DNA of 64,000 nt from Lytechinus pictus (lineage: Eukaryota). Both the position numbers and the translations under genes were made by a program. The stretch covers positions 10,170,001-10,234,000 of the forward strand of contig NC_087245.1 of assembly GCF_037042905.1 (NCBI RefSeq). Reading direction: 5' to 3'. Shown here piece after piece: positions 61,901 through 64,000 of the stretch. Numbering within the stretch: position 1 is the stretch's first letter; each line of letters begins with the position of its first letter. The notes under the pieces were generated by a model. The model saw nothing but the letters and a program-made list of their open reading frames with translations, had not been told where the DNA came from and searched no databases.

Positions 61901-63391
61901 TGCTGCATATCTGCATCTCGTAGATCCGCGCCTGAAAGGCATATCAGGGTATAGAATAATAAAGGATGACCATGCAGGGAAAGAATAGAGTGAATAGTTC
62001 TTGGACGACCTCCGGAATGTAGGGTCAACATCGACAAATACCAGCTCCATTGTCAGAAACTCATTTACGATCACGACTAACCATGTCAGTGAATGAAATA
62101 ACGGACACCACGGAAGGAATATTAATAGGAAAGGACCCTTTACGCTGGGGCCAGTGTGTAATCGAACACAATAAGTCATTCGGTGAAAAAGCCTAAAATC
62201 CCAGTTATCAACCCAAAACTTTGTAATTTTCATAACAGATTTTATCCACGATAAATGATGAGAAAACGGCTTCGAAAACTTATGCTTAATATGAGATAAA
62301 AATCACATGCAGTCTTGAACGAATGTGTCTAATCAGACCTCTTCTTTCGACCAAGAATGCACGGCCGAACACTCTACGGAAACACCCTAGTATAGCCGCG
62401 GGCACTATCCTCGGGTGCTCCCCTAGGGAATCAACCGCGGGCGTCTTCCCTCGTCCGCTCCCCTCAAATGTTCGCTACGGGCTACCGTGTTCTCCCTAGG
62501 GGGCACTGTGACGTTTCCCGTGGCCGGCACTGTAGATCCATAAATTTTCAAAGTTATGATAGTAATTCAACAAATACCCCCAACTTGACCAAAGTTCATT
62601 GACCCTAAATGACCTTTGACCGTGGTAACATGATCTCAAACTCGAGCAGGATGTTCACTAATACTTGATTAACCTTATGCTCAAGTTTCATGAACTAGGT
62701 CCGTATACTTTTTAAGTTATGATGTCATTTCAAAAACTTAACCTTCAGTTAAGATTTTGAAAATAATTCTCCCAACATGGTCTAAGTTCATTGACCCTAA
62801 ATGACCTTTTACCTTGATCATGTGACCTGAAACTCAGGCAGGATGTTTAGTAATACTTGATTAACCTTATGTCCAAGTTTCATGAACTAGGTCCATACGC
62901 TTTCTAAGTTATGTCATTTCAAAAACTTAACCTTAGGTTAAGATTTGATGTTGACGCCACCGTCGGAAAAGCGGCGCCTATGCAGGCGAGACAAAAATCG
63001 GTCACAAAATAAAGAAACATTTTATGTTACTTTTTATGCATAAACTAACCTTGCATAAATTAGCATAAAAATTGTTCTAGTCAAAATTTCGAAATTCTGT
63101 GTAGAAAGTTTGTGAACCTCATGAAGCTCTACCAGATGGAAGAATAAAAATCAAAATCGGTCGACAAATAAAGAAGAAGTATTTTTTTGAATTTTGAAAA
63201 ATGTGCATAAATTAGCATATTTGATGAGTTTCGAAATTCTGTTTTGAATCCCCCACCTAGTGCTATCATATGAAAGCAAACAGAATTTAAATCAGACTTG
63301 AAATGATGAAGAAGACACATTTTGAAATTGTGAACGGACGGCGGACGCCACGCCACAGCATAAGCTCATCTGGCCATTCGGGCCGGATGAA

Positions 63392-63510
63392 CAGAGACTC
63401 CAACTCTCCCGCTTGAGATTTAATATCTCCCGCCCAGGCTCTGTTTCTCCCGCTTGCAGATGTATTTTCTTCCCCTTAAAATGATCTTTCTCCCGCCCAA
63501 ACACCATTTA
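63392..63510. mobile_element. Probable left end of a hAT-like element truncating HINE-2 copy B
   Basis: CAGAGACTCCAACTCTCCCGC followed by three more TCTCCCGC subterminal motifs. No right end found. Confidence 0.45.
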
Positions 63511-63714
63511 AAAACAGCAATTGAATGTTCATATCCAAGGTGAAGTAATATTTATTGTGTCTTTACTTGTTGCAGAAATGTATGATTTTGTAGATGCTTA
63601 TCAATTTCATATGCATGCATGAATAATGATATAAAAAGAAGTTTTATAAAACCAAAATGTATTATTTGATTCATTGAATTGTTATTTACTTTAACTGTCA
63701 GCCATCATAATATT

Positions 63715-63830
63715 GTGGCGAAAATAGAGGGGGGATGTGCTTCACAGGGGCTTTTCAATCCCACTGCTGCCACCAGTGTGGCGAAAATAGAGGGGGGGGT
63801 GGTGTTGTTCACGGGGCTTTTCAGTCCATT
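63715..63830. repeat. Two-copy ~63-bp tandem repeat
   Basis: GTGGCGAAAATAGAGGGGGG...TTCAC.GGGGCTTTTCA.TCCA at 63715 and 63778. Confidence 0.8.
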
Positions 63831-64000
63831 CTCTCTCTTTTATATCAACTATAGTTCGTGGGGGGTATGGGTAGTACTGGGAAAATGGGGTACGGGGCGC
63901 TTCTCCTTCGATCAATCCCTCTCTTGGTAGCGAGTGGTCAACAAAGCAACAGTGGGGCTGAGATCCACGTATTGTGTATGACATAGGTGCTAAACCATTG

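Larger units (their letters stand above)
58412..62532. mobile_element. 4.1-kb non-autonomous TA-targeting DNA transposon (Tc1/mariner-type target)
   Basis: 25-bp TIRs CAGTGCCGGCCGCAGGAAACGTCAC / GTGACGTTTCCCGTGGCCGGCACTG. The TA duplication is confirmed by the host consensus. Subterminal CCTAGGG motifs; no transposase ORF. Confidence 0.9.
57738..62995 (-). mobile_element. HINE family 1 copy abutting element X, split by 58412-62532
   Basis: CAAGTGGAACGCCTCTGGCAGTCTCGCC at the left end and ATGCAGGCGAGACAAAAA at the right. The core repeat rejoins as ATGAAC-TA-GATCCATA. Confidence 0.88.
50033..63391 (-). mobile_element. HINE family 2 copy B, fragmented (50033-50350, 55738-56009, 62996-63391) by nested insertions
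   Basis: The fragments rejoin colinearly with copy A (37608-40803). SubTIR GAGCTCATCTGG; terminal hairpin TCATCTGGCCATTCGGGCCGGATGA. Confidence 0.8.

Noticed and set aside
58842..61988. Phe/Leu/Ser-rich membrane-protein-like ORFs (58842-59159, 61497-61988, also 53554-53957)
   Set aside because: They are open only because pyrimidine tracts lack stop codons; no splice or domain support.

Overview
AT-rich animal (eukaryotic) genomic DNA. The repeat types look like those of a marine invertebrate, probably an echinoid; this is recognition by eye, not a database result. There is no intact, recognisable protein-coding gene, and most ORF-track entries are artefacts of repeats. Most of the window is non-autonomous transposons: Harbinger-, Tc1/mariner-, piggyBac-, Kolobok-, hAT-, EnSpm- and Transib-like MITEs, several Helentron/HINE-type families and decayed L2 and RTE LINE pieces, often nested 3-4 deep. 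It also holds four tandem arrays: a ~1.45-kb triplication, a ~420-bp repeat, a 40-bp satellite and a poly-C-rich array with a 1.8-kb higher-order repeat. The main hidden signal is a chain of about ten minus-strand exons (79-43520) with AG/GT splice sites. Five have lengths divisible by 3 (483, 129, 204, 147, 318 nt) and read as phase 1-1, yet carry in-frame stops that fit C-to-T changes on the sense strand. Two of them are strongly C-depleted on that strand, and one exon occurs as two paralogues 28 kb apart. This is either a pseudogene family eroded by strand-biased cytosine deamination or something stranger. Other highlights: a Helitron-type element carrying a tRNA-like Pol III unit, found twice at the same site of a host element; and three local copies of a CATKACG-ended transposon next to an empty copy of one of its target sites.
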